Positions 27,922-39,365 of a stretch of DNA of 64,000 nucleotides are shown in pieces. A program made the position numbers and the translations under genes. Location of the stretch: assembly GCA_903813345.2 (NCBI GenBank), contig CAIIXF020000001.1, positions 36,332,001-36,396,000 on the forward strand, read 5' to 3'. The notes beneath the pieces are model-generated. The model made no database searches, was not told where the DNA came from, and saw only the letters and a list, made by a program, of their open reading frames with translations. Position 1 is the first letter of the stretch. The number at the start of each line of letters is the position of its first letter. Source of the stretch: Owenia fusiformis. Taxonomy: Eukaryota.

Positions 27922-29080
27922 GTACAGGAATTTTCATTTCCTGAATAAACCTTCTACCAACTAGAAGTCTTTCTCAATGGAAATACAGTACGGGCCAACC
28001 ATGTTTAAACGTTAATCATGATACCATGGTTTACCATGGTCTATCATGATCGGCAATGAAATTACCACCAACTCTGACCATGGTGGCAATGATGTTTTTT
28101 GGTCAATTTCTGACCATGGTATACCATGTTATATCATGTTATATCATGTTTCATGGTATTTCATGTTCAAAGTTAACCATCAAATACCATGGTATTATCA
28201 TGGTATTTCATTGCAATGTTCCTGACCATCATGTACCATGGTATTACCATGGTATATCATGGATGATGGCATTTCATGGCATTTCATTGTAAGATGTGAC
28301 AATCAAATACCATGGTATTTCAATGCCATGTTCCTGACCATCATTTACCATGGTATTACCATGGTATATCATGGTTGATGGCATTTCATTGTAAGATGTG
28401 ACAATCGAATACCATGGTCATAACATGGTATTTTATTGCCATGTTCCTGACCATCATTTACCATGGTATTACCATTATATATCATGGTTGATAGTATTTT
28501 ATTGTACGATGTGACAATCAAATGCCATGGTCATACCATGATATTTCATTGTAATGTACCTGACCATCATTTATCATGGTTGATGACATTTCATGGTCGA
28601 GAGCTTTGACCATGATGTCATTGCATTTGATGGTTTCTGACCATGAAATACTGCGAAACGGCAGTATCTTTTCAATGGAAATCTCGCGCTGTTAACCATG
28701 AAATGCAATAGTGCCATTTAAAGATCATGATCGGCCATGGTATTACCATGGTATTTCATTGCATTTCATGGCCACATACCATGGTATGCCATGGTATGAC
28801 CATGGTCCATTTCAACATGGAAAGATGTAGGTGTAGAAGTCTTTCTCAATGGAAATACAGTACAGGCCAAAGGTGTAGGAATTTTCATTTCCTGAATAAA
28901 CCCTCTTCCTACTAGAAGTCTTTCTCAATGGAAATACAGTACAGGCCAAAGGTGTAGAAATTTTCATTTCCTGAATAAACCCTCTTCCCACTAGAAGTCT
29001 TTCTCAATGGAAATACAGTACAGGCCAAAAGTGTAGGAATTTTCAGTTCCTGAATAAACCTTCTACCCACTAGAAGTCCT
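27922..29080. repeat. 79-bp minisatellite interrupted by a MITE
   Basis: Units beginning tagaagtc (consensus tagaagtctttctcaatggaaatacagtac) start at 27962, 28834, 28913, 28992 and 29071, a 79-bp period after the MITE. Confidence 0.9.
27999..28820. mobile_element. MITE with many subterminal ACCATGGT repeats (CMC/EnSpm-like)
   Basis: Ends ccatgtttaaa / tttcaacatgg. Comparison with intact minisatellite units implies a 2-bp AA duplication. Dozens of accatggt/atcatg palindromic motifs are present. Confidence 0.6.
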
Positions 29081-30859
29081 TCTTAGACTATTGGAGGTCA
29101 GCTGAAGTCATTTAAATTAGGCAACAAACAAATAATATTTGCAGAAGAGCTTGATTCAGTTGTGTCTCTAGCCCCATTGGAAAGCAATGATGAGTGACCA
29201 TTTATTATAGATTATTGTGTTAGTGTTTTATGAAACAAAATATTTAAAAGTATGTTCTTACTTCCCAAGAAATATTTTTTGGAGTACATCATACTGTAGG
29301 TACATGTAGGTGCTGTAATATTTCATAAATAATGGGTACATAATGATTAATCATGTGTGTGCCTGCCTGGTGCGTGCCTGCTCACCTGTGAGACTTGTTT
29401 TCTCTTTTCCTACACCTGTTATGTGATCTTTTTCTTGGTGGTTGTCTTTTAAAATGTCAGTACACATGTATATGTAATCTATATTGTGAAAATTAGGAGA
29501 TTTCAAAAAACAACCAGGTTTGAGATATCATTCTTTAAGAAATGGTAATAGTGTAATACATGCTTTAAATTATTGCAATTACCATTTATATATAGTAAAC
29601 ACCAGAGCCTAATCTTTAATTATTGTCTGATCTTGTCAGTAAGAATATCAACACTACTCTACACTACACTACAATTCTAGCTAAAGCACCTGACATTCAT
29701 TTCCCACATAAACACCCATAAAATGCTTCATTTGAGATCAGATTTCACCACTATGAAAATATGAATCATTTGTAGTAGTCAAACGTTTGATTTCAGGGTA
29801 GGACTGAGTTATGTTATGTTTTAGAATTGTATAAGAAAAGAAGTAATATAGATAAAACCTTGACTTAATGTTTGAACTTTTCCTGTCTAAAAGCTTTAGA
29901 TAAACAATATGTGTGACTACAGAATAAATGGTATACAAAAGTGATTGCTAATAAATAAATTGAAAGTGAATATTCTAGAATATTGACACCATAGGGGTTA
30001 ATCCGTACTCTCACTTTGTCTGATATATTTTGAATTACGACAGACTGCTGTTCAGGTGCTTCCCCTCACTTGTTTCCTTGTTTTGCACTTTTAAGTCTTT
30101 TGTTTTGTAATTATTATGTGCACTAAGTTGCACTTTGAGGGCTCATATTTCATTCTCAACATAAAGTCAATGAGATAGGAAACTCCAAATATCCCAAAAA
30201 TGATCTAGCATACAAAGAAACGTGAGTGTCTCCCCCTATCCCTTAGATATTATGAAGAAGTTCTTATTCTATTAAGAAACCCATTTGGTATGAATGAAGA
30301 TAAACGTGGTTATAGTTCTTTTAAGTACAGTTATTATTTCCTCAGCTTGATTTTCTGACATTGAGCTATTGTGAAGTGAAATTGAACTGAAGGTGTTTCA
30401 AATATTTTTAGGATGGTGAAAGTTCACAAAATGTTAATTCAGAGGTCTTAAATCACTTGCTGATTGGTTAAAAAGGTATTTTACAAGAAAAGAATGAAAA
30501 GAAAAATATTCATCAATTGAATCTGTAATATTATATTAATGAAAACATACGTTCAGTATTGAAGTCGTATTATTATAGCATAAGGTGATGATATTGTCAG
30601 ATTTTATGCTGTTTTAGAAGTGAAAGATGTTAAATTATGCATGCCGTTTCTTTTCAATGCAATAAGACACATAGTTGAGAATTAGAACAGTTGTTTAAAG
30701 ATACAATTTGAACTAATTGAATGAAGAAATGACAAATAAATTTAATAAGTTAAAAGATTTTTGAAATTGTATTAATGGAGAACTGGCCCACACTTTTCTA
30801 GAAATGTTGACAAAGTCAATAAAAATCGGACTTAGTTAACGTGACAAAGTAAGTGATAG

Positions 30860-30986
30860 GTTGTTAACATGACAAGTATAGTCAGAAGTTGTTAACATGG
30901 CAGATGTAGTCAGAGGTTGCCAATGTGACAGATGTAGTCAGAGGTTATTAACATGACAAGGTATAGTCAGAAGTTGTTAATATGAC
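30860..30986. repeat. ~31-bp tandem repeat
   Basis: gtagtcagaggttgttaacatgaca-like unit, about four copies. Confidence 0.75.
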
Positions 30987-33160
30987 TGATTTTGACAGTA
31001 GCTACAAAATCACTGAGTACCTTAAGATCAAGGTATCTCCCTGTATTGCATCATTCATCTAAGGGCTTCATTTATTCTTCAATTCAGGAAAGAAGTGAAA
31101 TTGGACCCTTGGACTATTTGATAATCTATAGATGCACTTCTTTTATAGATTTTAATTTATCAGAGACACTTCATGTATCTATTCCAAAGGATAGTACATG
31201 TATTAAGACTGGATCCCACAATGGCTTTTTGATTTTTACTACCTTGCACTGATATTACAACAAGAACTGAACTGAACCATTTTGTTGTTAATTCTATGCT
31301 TTATACTTTTGAATATTTTGAATGATGATGAATAATCAACTTTAGATGAAATCGCAAGCTTTTACATTAAAAGCTTTGAGACATGTGTACCCCTGTGTAT
31401 ATAATGTATACGTTGCTTTTAAAGAAAATGAGATGAACAGAGAAACCTCCAGGCATAAGAGGAATCTTGTGACAAGATAAATCCATATATTTGCAATAAA
31501 ACATTTTGATGTTATGTCTAATTTGTGCTTAATTTCTCTTTATATAGCAGTATATGTCAAGATAATTATATTTTACTGCTCCCAATTGGGATGTAAGGCA
31601 TTATCAACAGTTGTATGCTAAATACAACAAAAGATAGAAAAATTATTTCTCCTAGATGCTATTGATAATGCTGCATTTACATCTTACCCTGCATGTAAAA
31701 TGCTTCAATGACAAAAATATACCTTCTTTCTAAAAGGTACTAGGTACTAAGGCTTTCTAAATGTAAAGTGCTTATAGAAGTTAATACTTATATAAGTGTT
31801 TATATTAGTAATTGATTCCCTGAAATATATAAAAGTCAGAAAATCTGGAATTTAATTAAGGTTCAGAGAGGAGAATAAATGGCACAATTAGGCCAAGTAG
31901 GAAAAATAGTGTCTTGTTTGTTTGTCAACAGCAAAAGGTGGCAAAATCAACAAAAAGGTCTATTATTTTTAGCTATTAAGTATGAAAATTTACATGGTTT
32001 TAGAATTAAAATACTCTTTCATACAATAAAATCCTGATGCAAGAATTTATTCCTGGTCTAAGGATGAAACTTGAAATACAGGCATACATAGCTGTCCTTA
32101 CCGTGACCATAGGTTTTATTTTGACTTTATCCAGACACTAATCCTTTTGGCTAGAATATAAGAGAAATAAATGGTATAACTCCCATTACTCCAGACAGAT
32201 GAATGTAGCCAATGCTCAAAGGGGCAAGTCAGCTTTACATTTGAGGGATGGCTTTTAAAGCTTTCTCATTCATTAGACCAGTCTCATTTTGTCCATATTT
32301 CTTTCTTCAGATTTATTTTCAAAATATCGAATGCTTAGAATACAAAACTGGAAAAATTATCTGTTCTCCAAGCCATGATGGACCTGGCAACAAAATGAAA
32401 TATATGAACATTTTATTAATACTATGGATAATTCCTAGTTCATAACATTAACTCTATTTCCTCTAAGGCTGAACTAGCAAATGATGATTGTGTTTATAGT
32501 ATATGTGTACCTTCCTTTATGATGTTTCATTGGAATTTTAATATTTATTATTAATATAACATTTATTCATCATGTATGTCTGTTAAATTATTAATACTGA
32601 TTCAATTTTTGTCCATACTCTTCACTTTTTAAAACTTTTCATTCATTGACCATTGCCATGCCATGAGCTAGCCTTTGATGATTACATAATGGTGGTATGA
32701 CAGGAGGCTTTGACTCATGTAAAAATACTTATGCTCAAATTGTTCTTCGATGTTAGGTAGAGGCAGTCCTTGAAATCAAATGGGCAAGAGGAGAGTGGGT
32801 CCAAAAAAAATTGAAAAGGTTTGAGAAAATTGAGAAATGTTTTTTTTCTGAATTAGGCCCAAAATTAAAAAAATGATGCCCCAAAATGTCATATCAGTTT
32901 GTTGTATATACAATTCTTCTGTTGCCAAGTTTAAGGGCCCTCCAACCAAGTCCACCAATGCAAGGGTTGATTTCCTTCAGCAAATGAAGCTGATGAATTT
33001 CCAGCATATAAAGAGAACTGGATCAACAAGTTTGAGAAAGTTCTAACTACACATGTTCTATAACATCTACTTTATAAAAACACAATTTTATAGGCATTAA
33101 TGATGGTTTCTCTAAACAAATTTCCTTGTTATGGCTTCATAAAGGTCCACAATGCTGATG

Positions 33161-33688
33161 TTACACACAGAAGTTTAATTCAAACTTGTTTTCTGTTTCC
33201 CCTCTTATAACAGAGAGCTTTTTAGTGTCACAAATTTCAGCCTGAAAACTTCCCTGAAAATTGTACATGTTACTTATGAGAATGTTCAAAGCAGATTGGT
33301 CAAATCTATGACAATTCCGATAAGCACTTATATCTTTTTGCTTTTCATCACATTGTTTTTTGGAACCATCTGGTTTAATGCATTCTGCATTTAATGCACA
33401 CAACACAAACCATTTGAAGAAATGTTCATAAGCAAATTTGGTGTTGTATATTAAAAGTGCACCACATCCATATTCATTGCGTCTTCTCATCTCTTGCTCA
33501 TCTGCTGGGAGAAACTCATACATATCAATGTGGGTCACAGCATATATTCGATTTGTAAATTTATTGATAAAAAGTACCAGTCCATTTCCATTTTTCATTT
33601 TCTTCCATAGTGTCTCTGTTCCCCCTGTTTTAATACGAATTGAGGCATCAACCCAGAATACACCTACTCTGTGCTCTGTCATCATCTC
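33161..33688 (-). CDS. DUF1647-like, intact duplicated last exon (copy 2)
   Basis: tttag|GAG ATG acceptor at 33688; open 528 nt; WVDASIRI and CHRFDQSALNILI retained. Confidence 0.7.
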   Translation of the reverse strand, partial: EMMTEHRVGVFWVDASIRIKTGGTETLWKKMKNGNGLVLFINKFTNRIYAVTHIDMYEFLPADEQEMRRRNEYGCGALLIYNTKFAYEHFFKWFVLCALNAECIKPDGSKKQCDEKQKDISAYRNCHRFDQSALNILISNMYNFQGSFQAEICDTKKLSVIRGETENKFELNFCV

Positions 33689-33882
33689 CTAAATATATAA
33701 AGCATAACTCCCTAAATACATATACGAGTATGTACAATATGACAAAAATCTTAAATAATATATAACTTCTGCATAATTAAACAAGAAATATCACTTTCTT
33801 GTTTTAACAGATTCTAAATGATATTGATCATTTCCAATTGAATGGCATATTGATACAAAATTATGTACCAGAGGTACTGTAC

Positions 33883-34042
33883 CTTGATTATCAGTGGTTT
33901 AAAGGCATAGGTTTTTATAATGGAGACATGTGGGGGATAAGCCTCAAAGTCAAACTGCCTGTACTTCACTCTACACATTGTTTTAATCTTTGCCACATTC
34001 TCATCTTCAAGGCCAATGTCATAGTAATAAATGTCTCGGTCA
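33883..34042 (-). pseudogene. 5'-truncated duplicate of DUF1647-like exon 2
   Basis: DRDIYYYDIGL...KPLIIK|gtacag, cut at the duplication junction. Its native acceptor and upstream coding sequence are missing. Confidence 0.8.
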
Positions 34043-34844
34043 TGATGGACCTGGCAACAAAATGAAAAAAATGAATTTTATTAATCATATGGATAATTCG
34101 TAGTTCATAACATTCACTCTATTTCCTCAGTCTCTACTTTACAAATCATCTATGGCTGAACTAGCATATGATGATTGTGTTTATAGAATACATGTACCTT
34201 CCTCTATGATATTTCATTGGAATTTTTATATTTCTTAACAATGTAACATTTATTCATCATCTATGTCTGTTTAATTTTTAATACTAATTCAATTTTTGTA
34301 CTATACTCTTCAGTTTTTAAAACTTTTCATTCATTGACCATTGCCATGAGCTAGCCTTTGATGATTACATAATGGTGATATGACAGGAGGCTTTGACTCA
34401 TGTAAAAAATACTTATGCTCAAATTGTTCTTCGATGTAAGGTAGAGGCAGTCCTTGAAATCAAATGGGCAAGAGGAGAGTGGGTCCAAAAAAAATTGAAA
34501 AGGTTTGAGAAAATTGAGAAATGTTTTTTTTCTGAATTAGGCCCAAAATTAAAAAAATGATGCCCCAAAATGTCATATCAGTTTTTTGTATATACAATTC
34601 TTCTGTTGCCAAGTTTAAGGGCCCTCCAACCAAGTCCACCAATGCAAGGGTTGATTTCCTTCAGCAAATGAAGCTGATGAATTTCCAGCATATAAAGAGA
34701 ACTGGATCAACAAGTTTGAGAAAGTTCTAACTACACATGTTCTATAACATCTACTTTATAAAAACACAATTTTATAGGCATTAATGATGGTTTCTCTAAA
34801 CAAATTTCCTTGTTATGGCTTCATAAAGGTCCACAATGCTGATG

Positions 34845-35328
34845 TTACACACAGAAGTTTAATTCAAACTTGTTTTCTGTTTCCCCTCTTATAACAGAGA
34901 GCTTTTTAGTGTCACAAATTTCAGCCTGAAAACTTCCCTGAAAATTGTACATGTTGCTAATGAGAATGTTCAAAGCAGATTGGTCAAATCTATGACAATT
35001 CCGATAAGCACTTATATCTTTTTGCTTTTCGTCACATTGTTTTTTAGAACCATCTGGTATAATGCATTGTGCATTTAATGCACATAACACAAAAAAGTGC
35101 ACCACATCCATATGTATTGCGTCTTCTCATCTCTTGCTCATCTGCTTGGAGAAACTCATACATATCAGGGTGGGTCACAGCATATATTCGATTTGTAAAT
35201 TTATTAATAAAAAGTACCAGTCCATTTCCGTTTTTCATTTTCATCCATAGTGTCTCTGTTCCCCCTGTTTTAATACGAATTGAGGCATCAACCCAGAATA
35301 CACCCACTCTGTGCTCTGTCATCATCTC
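34845..35328 (-). pseudogene. DUF1647-like last exon with a 44-bp frameshifting deletion (copy 3)
   Basis: 484 nt versus 528 nt in copy 2. The deletion near 35092 removes the IYNTKFAYEHFFKW segment, and the HRFDQS part falls out of frame. Confidence 0.85.
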
Positions 35329-35516
35329 CTAAATATATAAAGCATAACTCCCTTAATACATATATGTACAATATGACAAAAATCTTAAATAATATATAAC
35401 TTCTGCATAATTAAACAAGAAATATCACTTTCTTATTTCAACAGATTCTGAATGATATTGATCATTTCCAATTGAATGGCATCTTGATACAAAATTATGT
35501 GCCAGAGGTACTGTAC

Positions 35517-35981
35517 CTTGATTATGAGTGGCTTAAAGGCATAGGTCTTTATAATGGAGACATGTGGTGGATACGCCTCAAAGTCAAACTGCCTGTACTT
35601 CACTCTACACATTGTTTTAATCTTTGCCACATTCTCATCTTCAAGGCCAATGTCATAGTAATAAATGTCTCGGTCAGGATAATAGGTCTGTATGCTACCT
35701 ATCAGATCCAAACTCTCATTAAAATGATTCCTTGATGATGCTGTTACGAATACAAAATTCTGAAGCATTTCTTCTGACAGCTCAACAAATGAAGATTTTG
35801 GTGGAGGGATTTGGAGTCTTTGAAGCATCTCTTCTGTGGCTTCCAGTGGTCTCTTTGCTCTGAAGTGTTGGTCATATAGATTATTTGTATATACAAACAG
35901 TCTTCTCTTTTGTGTCACCTGATCTGAATATGTTGCATTCCCATCACTGTGAATGAGACTCCTTCCAATACCAACAGTAAG
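35517..35981 (-). CDS. DUF1647-like, exon 2 of the second locus (intact)
   Basis: ttttaag|CTT ACT...AAG|gtacag; 465 nt, open; nearly identical to 25938-26396. Confidence 0.8.
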
Positions 35982-36399
35982 CTTAAAATATATAAATGGT
36001 ACATATATACTCTACGTACATATAGCATATAGTGCATTACTTCTGGGACAACCCTCGTATATTAGTTTTTTGGGCCTTTTGTTTGCAAAATTACTATTGA
36101 CATATGCTACTTTCTTTTGAATCACTGTATACTGGAATTGTGAGCTTGGAATATTTATAAAATTTTTGTCTCACAATATAATTTTAAAGCTAGTTTAATT
36201 TAAGCAGCATTGTGAAGAAATGCCTTCCAAATATTAAAAGATACTTGTATACAAAAATATATATCACTGTGTTCTCAAATTTTCTATCTAAAAGATGTAA
36301 AAATTTATAATAAAATAAATGAACATGAATACTATTTTGTCATTCTAGTTCTAAATGAACATGAATAAATTCTATGGCTATTCATTTATTTTTACCTAC

Positions 36400-36495
36400 C
36401 ATTAGACGCTTGATAATAATTCCAGAAATTCCTATTGCAATGAGCAACTTTGAAATGTTTGTAAACCTCAAGTGACAATAAACATTGGAGAACAT
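36400..36495 (-). CDS. DUF1647-like, exon 1 of the second locus (signal-anchor)
   Basis: ATG at 36495, 96 nt, MFSNVYCHLRFTNISKLLIAIGISGIIIKRLM|gtaggt; phase 0; homologous to 27496-27609. Confidence 0.7.
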
Positions 36496-36739
36496 CTTAT
36501 AATTACATGTACTAATTCTAGTTATATGTATATGTAGTGGTAAACTAACCTTTTAACTGTTATAGAAGAAGCCCCAGGTTATAGACCCATTACTATATCA
36601 ATGTAGGTTTAATGCCTTATCTTATCGCACTTCTTATCGCACTTTAATGTAAAAAATCAAATAACTCAAATTGACACTTCATCTAACTAATGTATTCAAC
36701 ACCATCTCTCGTTGGAAATCCAAAATAACCCCAACAATG

Positions 36740-36930
36740 GGCCTTATACGACTTTGAATGCCGAAATCTTGACCTCTCGTTTCGAGATTCATCTTCTATT
36801 CCTCAACTTTAGCGAACGGCACTTTTTTTCTGAATTAACGAACCGTTAAAAAACCGAACATCAGAGTTTTCGAACCGAACGTACCGACCGAGGCCCTAGA
36901 ACCGCGGAGCACCACTAAATAGTACTACAA
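36740..36930 (-). promoter_or_regulatory. CpG-enriched patch upstream of the second DUF1647-like locus (candidate promoter)
   Basis: Local CpG excess 250-430 bp upstream of the ATG. A possible 5' UTR donor (gttagt on the minus strand) lies near 36549. Confidence 0.3.
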
Positions 36931-38980
36931 AAATAGAAACAAAGGGAAATAGGAAAACAAACCACCAATATCCCAAAACACAAACGACAAAGCATTAAGG
37001 CAAGGGCCTATCATAGATAGTTTGTCATTAATGATAACATACTTGTATTTGTGACTTTTTTCAGCAACCTTACTAAATGATAAGCAAACCATTCTTAGGT
37101 AGGCTGATAGTCCACTGAATGCCAATTGGAACAATTTGTAATGTGAACATTTGGCTCTATACCACATCCACATACTAGCTGTTGTTTGTTTGTTTTGTCA
37201 TTTAAAATTGGTTGTTGCAGTTGTTTATTTTTTGTTTCTATGCTGATAATGCTTTATATGCCACAACAAGGAAGCCATATGAGGATGTTTCAACTCATGT
37301 TCAAATTCAACATTTACTCACTTTTGATTTATACAGCGTTGATATAGAGAACAATGTCCAGAGTATATTCTTGATACAAAACAATATACAGCCAGCAAGA
37401 GGCATTATGTTGTACACATTTGTACTACTGGTCCATATTTCAAAGCCAACTTAGACATTTCATCAATGTAAACTATATCCAAGTGTAATGGTACCTTGTT
37501 TCCTGCAGAATTCTCTCTTTTACTGAGATTTATTTTCTTACTATTGGATGATTAGAATACAAATTTGGAAATATTGTCTGTTTGCAACCTTTTGTGGTCT
37601 CAAAAGGTCAGAGCATTGGTTTATTTATTGGCCAATCTTTACTAAATTATGGACATGGGGACACTGTTAAATGTACACTTAGCTGCAACTAAAATGAAAT
37701 ATGAACATTTTATTAATCCCATGGATAATATTAAAGAAGTCCATAACATTCACTCTATTTCCTCAGTCTCTACACATCATCTGTGGCTGAACAAGTATGT
37801 GATGGTCATGTTGATAACATAGTTTTTCTCTATCTTATTTAAATGAAATGTGCTATTTATGTCATTTATGTATATTGCTCATTGTGTATCTAATTTTTGC
37901 ACTCTCAGTTTATGGCATGTCATTTTATTAGTGATATTTCATTTGTGACCAAAGCGTTGGTTTCAAGGTCCTTAAATCATTCATGGATCACTGTGTTTAG
38001 ATGAAACAATTGTTCATTTTCTCTATGGTATACCTTATGAGACAATGAAGCATAACGTTGCTCTAACAACTATCATCTATCAAAAATTAAACGAATCCTG
38101 TGAGTATTGATATTTTACTGACACAGTTTCATCCAGTTGAATGGCTCTCACCATTGTGTCAACATGCTCTAGACAAGCTTGGAGAATTCCCGAGTTATAT
38201 ATCTTGGTATTGCAAGATTTTTAGAGATGCAAAAAGTCAATTACATGCAATTAGATTGTCAATTTGGTGTAGATTTGGATAAATTACTTGTCAGTTATGA
38301 GTTGGCCTTTGACAGTTATATGATAGGGATATGACAGGGGGATTTGATTTATGTAAAATCACTATGATTACACACACATTGGCCTTATGTGAAACTGAAT
38401 CACGGTTGTAGAATGATGCTATGCAACAGTGACGCTAAGATCCCCTTCTGGCAAATGACATTTTGGTGAATTTCCAGCATGCAGAAAACTCAGCAACTTT
38501 GAGGAAATTTTCAACCTTGAAAACTATCAATTCAACTCCTTGCCAACTATCAATGCAAAATATCACATTCATAATCAAGGGGAGTAAATCATATTGATAT
38601 ATAGAATATAAGAGGGAGGGGTGACTTTCTCCCCATGTTCATGTGTACATTTTACGGAGCTTTTCAAATATTTTTTCAGGACTTGTCAAGAAGAATGAGC
38701 TTAACATTTGCACAATTTATTAATCCATCAGAATCCAATGAACTTTAAGAAAATCTCTTGTAAAAGGTCATATCTCCCTGACTACATTATTATACTTCAT
38801 TGAATTTAATCAACCTGACATTTTAGAATACCTTATGCATTATTGAAATTGAAGTAGTTGGGTTAAATTCCTACTCTTTAGAATTTTGATAGCTATTAGG
38901 GTTAATAGGGCTTCATTTTTTGGTTTGATATAATTACAATTTCTTTGTTAATCATGATTCTGTTGTAAATCTCCATTATA

Positions 38981-39349
38981 CAGGCCTGTCAACTGTCCCG
39001 CAATTTGCGTATTTGTCACGCATTTGCTGAAGAATTTGAAGTCACGCCAGTTATTTTTGCGTGACAGAAAATGTCACGCAAATACGCATTTTACCTGGTA
39101 ATTGTCAAGCAAAAATATTTATGTAGAAATTTTTTTTAAAAAGATCGTCTTCACAGCAAAAATACGAACGCCGGAAAAAAATGTATGCATTTCGTTCGGA
39201 CTTTTCACGCGAATTGCATATATGTCACGCATTCCCTTCGAAATTTTTCGTACCTTTTTCAGATTTGGACAAAGGTGTCCACATTTTGAGGGGAGGTGTT
39301 CAACATTTCCAAGTCACTCATGTTAGGTGTTCCCAAGTTGACAGGCCTG
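38981..39349. mobile_element. MITE, TIR CAGGCCTGTCAACT, 6-bp direct flank ATTATA (hAT-like)
   Basis: Perfect 14-bp TIRs; attata at 38975-38980 and 39350-39355; CpG-rich interior with gtcacgc repeats. Confidence 0.75.
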
Positions 39350-39365
39350 ATTATATATACAATCA

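Larger units (their letters stand above)
32374..35675. repeat. Tandem segmental duplication (~1.65 kb x2) covering the 3' half of a DUF1647-like gene
   Basis: 32374-34040 closely matches 34041-35675. The junction at 34040/34041 fuses exon-2 sequence (..gtctcggt) to catgatggacctggcaac, which also occurs at 32374. Confidence 0.9.
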
